Positions 61,621 to 64,000 of a stretch of 64,000 bases of DNA are shown piece after piece; position 1 is the first letter of the stretch; every line of letters begins with the position of its first letter. The position numbers and the translations under genes are program-made. This stretch comes from Macrostomum lignano (taxonomy: Eukaryota), in the NCBI GenBank assembly GCA_002269645.1, contig NIVC01001298.1, positions 248,001 to 312,000 of the forward strand, given 5' to 3'. The notes beneath the pieces are model-generated. The model worked only from the letters and a program-made list of their open reading frames with translations, did no database searches and was not told where the DNA came from.

Positions 61621-63937
61621 TCAAGATAGGCTGGCTACAATTCAGTCTTTGGTACGCAACGATGAAACACTTCTGGTTGTGTGTGGAATCGACAGTCATT
61701 TTAGCCAGGGCAGTCAGCAGTTGTTCGACTACCTTCTGTTCAATGTTAATCAAAAGAGAGCTGCTGAAATCGAACGGTACGATTAAATCTATAAGTCTTC
61801 TTTTTTAAAATAAAAAAGTACTTTATCAAATAATTGAAATGTGTTAATATTCGAATTTTTGCAGGACTAAACTTGAAGACGAGCACTTTGACGATGTGGT
61901 CCTGTCAATTAGGCGAAATCGCGTTCAAGTCTATTTGAACCCCGCGAATTATTGGTTCTACTTGCCCTACGTGGCTTGCTGGCCCAATCTAGATATTCAT
62001 TGCGCCCCAGATGCACTGGTAACTGATTACTTGACTACATACTACTGCTATTAGTAGTTAATCAGTATTTATTTAATAAATTATGTTCACTATTCCAGTT
62101 TGACGACCAAGATGTCATGGAGGAGTTGAAGATGAAATTTCTTATTCAAGCTGTTGATGGATGCAACTCTGTCTGCGTAGCCTATTACGGCAAAGGTGAG
62201 TTTGCGTCCGAAAATTGGTAGAGGATAACAATTACCTGTGTACATCATCCTAATTATCTAAGCTACGACTCGTGTAAAATTTCATTACAGATCACCTAGC
62301 AGAGTCTGCAGGCTTTTCTCCCATGCTGGTGGAGAAGTGGCCGCTAATTCAGGCTTACGCCGTGGACGGATTTGGAGTGTTAGTGTGGCAGTTTATTGAC
62401 ATCGCGATGCGCGAGAGATACAGAATTAGTAGACTGTGGTTTTCAAGTTTAACAAATAGGGGGTTGTAGCCAAGTGATTAGAGCGACGGACTCACGACTG
62501 AAAAGTCGTGGGTTCGAATTTCGAACCTCTAGAATAATTTGTGTCCTTGAGCAAGACACTTAACTCTGCATTGCTTCAGTTCACCCAGCTGTAAAATGGG
62601 TGCCAGGATTAGCTGGGGTAATTGAGGGTTTTGTTTGGCGACCCCCCAGTCCTTGGACTGAACAGCCGTACGCAGCCTTCAGATGCGCCACGCAATAGCT
62701 GCGGCTGAGCTGGCGGTTGCACATTGGATGTTTAGTGTGAAGAATCCCTTTATAAAGACAATCAAAATCACACAGAATCCAACTCTTTCAGTGGTACATT
62801 TTTCACCTTGAAGCACCAACTTCGCGACGTTAGCAAGGATGTCTTCGGCTTGATCCAGTCGGTGGACGCTGTGGCGGTGGAGGACCTCACTGATAAGGTA
62901 ATTAAGATACCAGAACGCTATCGATCAGAGCTAAAGTTTTAATTCCGAGTAAAATTAATATTTTCATCTTTCAGCCACTAAAGCCGTTCAAGAATCAGTT
63001 CGATTCGGTGTTTCAAACGATTGACTTTCTTGCTGGACGCAGCGAGCCTCAGCTGGTCTTGGAGGAAAAATCATTGAACCAGCTGATTGAGGTGATAGTT
63101 TGAGTAATGTTGCAAACAGAAATGTTTGAAATTTGAAACTCAAAACTTTATCATTTACAGCCATTTCGATCCTATGCTCGACATGAGATGACCGGAAAGT
63201 CTGAGCTGTCCGCTGGGTGAGAATACCCTGTAACTCCTGATGGCAGGCTGTCTGTTTTAGAAGCTGCGTGCCCTGACAGACCCCAAATTGACCCCCCCCC
63301 CTGACACACCAAACTGACCCCCCTGACAGACACCAAATTGACCCCCCACCCTGACACACTCCAAATTGACCCCCTGACACTCCAAATTGACCCCCCTGAC
63401 ACATCAAATTGACCCCATTGACACACTGAATTTACCCCCCTGACACACATCAAATTGACCCCTGACACACATCAAGTTGACCCCCTGACACTCCAAATTG
63501 ACCCCTGACACACATCAAATTGACCCCCTGACACTCCAAATTGACCCCCTGACACACATCAAATTGACCCCATTGACACACTGAATTGACCCCCTGACAC
63601 ACATCAAATTGACCCCTGACACACTCCAACTTGACCCCATTGACACACTCCAAATTGACCCCCCCAGACACACACACGCACACTAATTGACCCCTGACCC
63701 TACCCTAATGAAAGATAATCCTTGAAACTTCATCTTTCCAATATCTACAGGTACTTACACATGTCGCCTTACCAAACTACCATTTCTTGCAGCTTTGTCA
63801 GGGCGGGCCAGCACCCGTCCCTCCGCAGCTACCTGGCCTTCGACACTCGTCGATCCGCCATCGACCTGTTGGCAAAAACAGCCTCCACTGAGCCGGCAGC
63901 CATCAACCGGCCTTTCGCTCCTCTGGCTGCAAATTTT
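61621..63937 (+). CDS. DNAAF9: Dynein axonemal assembly factor 9 (C20orf194/Shulin) ortholog, N-terminal part; exons 61621-61776, 61865-62018, 62099-62195, 62291-62378, 62792-62897, 62975-63091, 63161-63216, 63793-63937; continues past window
   Basis: Phase-compatible exons encode VCGIDSHF...LFDYLLF, DDVVLSI...YLNPANY...LPYVACWPNLDIHC, EELK, VEKWPLIQAYAVDG, FFTLKHQLRDVS, PFRSY. These match motifs of DNAAF9 as I recall them. First exon not fixed. Confidence 0.85.
62459..62740 (+). mobile_element. tRNA-derived CORE/V-like SINE in DNAAF9 intron
   Basis: GTAGCCAAGTG, GGGTTCGAATT, then GTGTCCTTGAGCAAGACACTTAAC...CCCAGCTGTAAAATGGG. Confidence 0.8.
63270..63700. repeat. ~21-24-bp minisatellite (GACACACATCAAATTGACCCCCT) in DNAAF9 intron
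   Basis: Direct tandem repetition. Confidence 0.9.
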
Positions 63938-64000
63938 GTAAGTAGAGAACCAGAAAACAGAACATAATCTCTGCACTGCACTACTCATGCTAGTAGCAAT

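Overview
Eukaryotic (animal) genomic DNA: GT-AG introns, GC-rich exons, and roughly a quarter of the window (my estimate) in intronic/intergenic mini- and microsatellites. The architecture resembles a Macrostomum-type flatworm genome, but that is inference only. Genes reconstructed by eye: the 3' part of an adhesion GPCR (GAIN/GPS + 7TM); a stand-alone BPL_N/class-I glutamine amidotransferase-like gene; a cluster of single-exon secreted PAN/Apple-like + LamG (ConA-like) genes (3 intact 341-aa copies, 1 chimeric deleted copy, several relics); a PAN + fibrinogen-domain gene; two tail-to-tail cytidine deaminases; ORMDL; and the 5' part of DNAAF9 (C20orf194). Mobile DNA: an apparently complete EnSpm/CACTA (CMC) transposon with a 7-exon BEN-like partner gene, nested in a solo LTR that is itself nested in a satellite; a 5'-truncated RT-RNase H LINE with a 14-bp TSD; a Gypsy gag remnant; a second solo LTR; a hAT MITE; and tRNA-derived SINEs. 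Most striking observation: the PAN-LamG paralogs share a ~500-bp core that is ~99% identical at the DNA level, yet have unrelated promoters and signal peptides and C-terminal halves as low as ~30% identical. This points to segmental homogenisation or shuffling in a putative lectin/immune locus. No CRISPR, rRNA or true tRNA genes were found. All identities are hand counts; no database searches were run.
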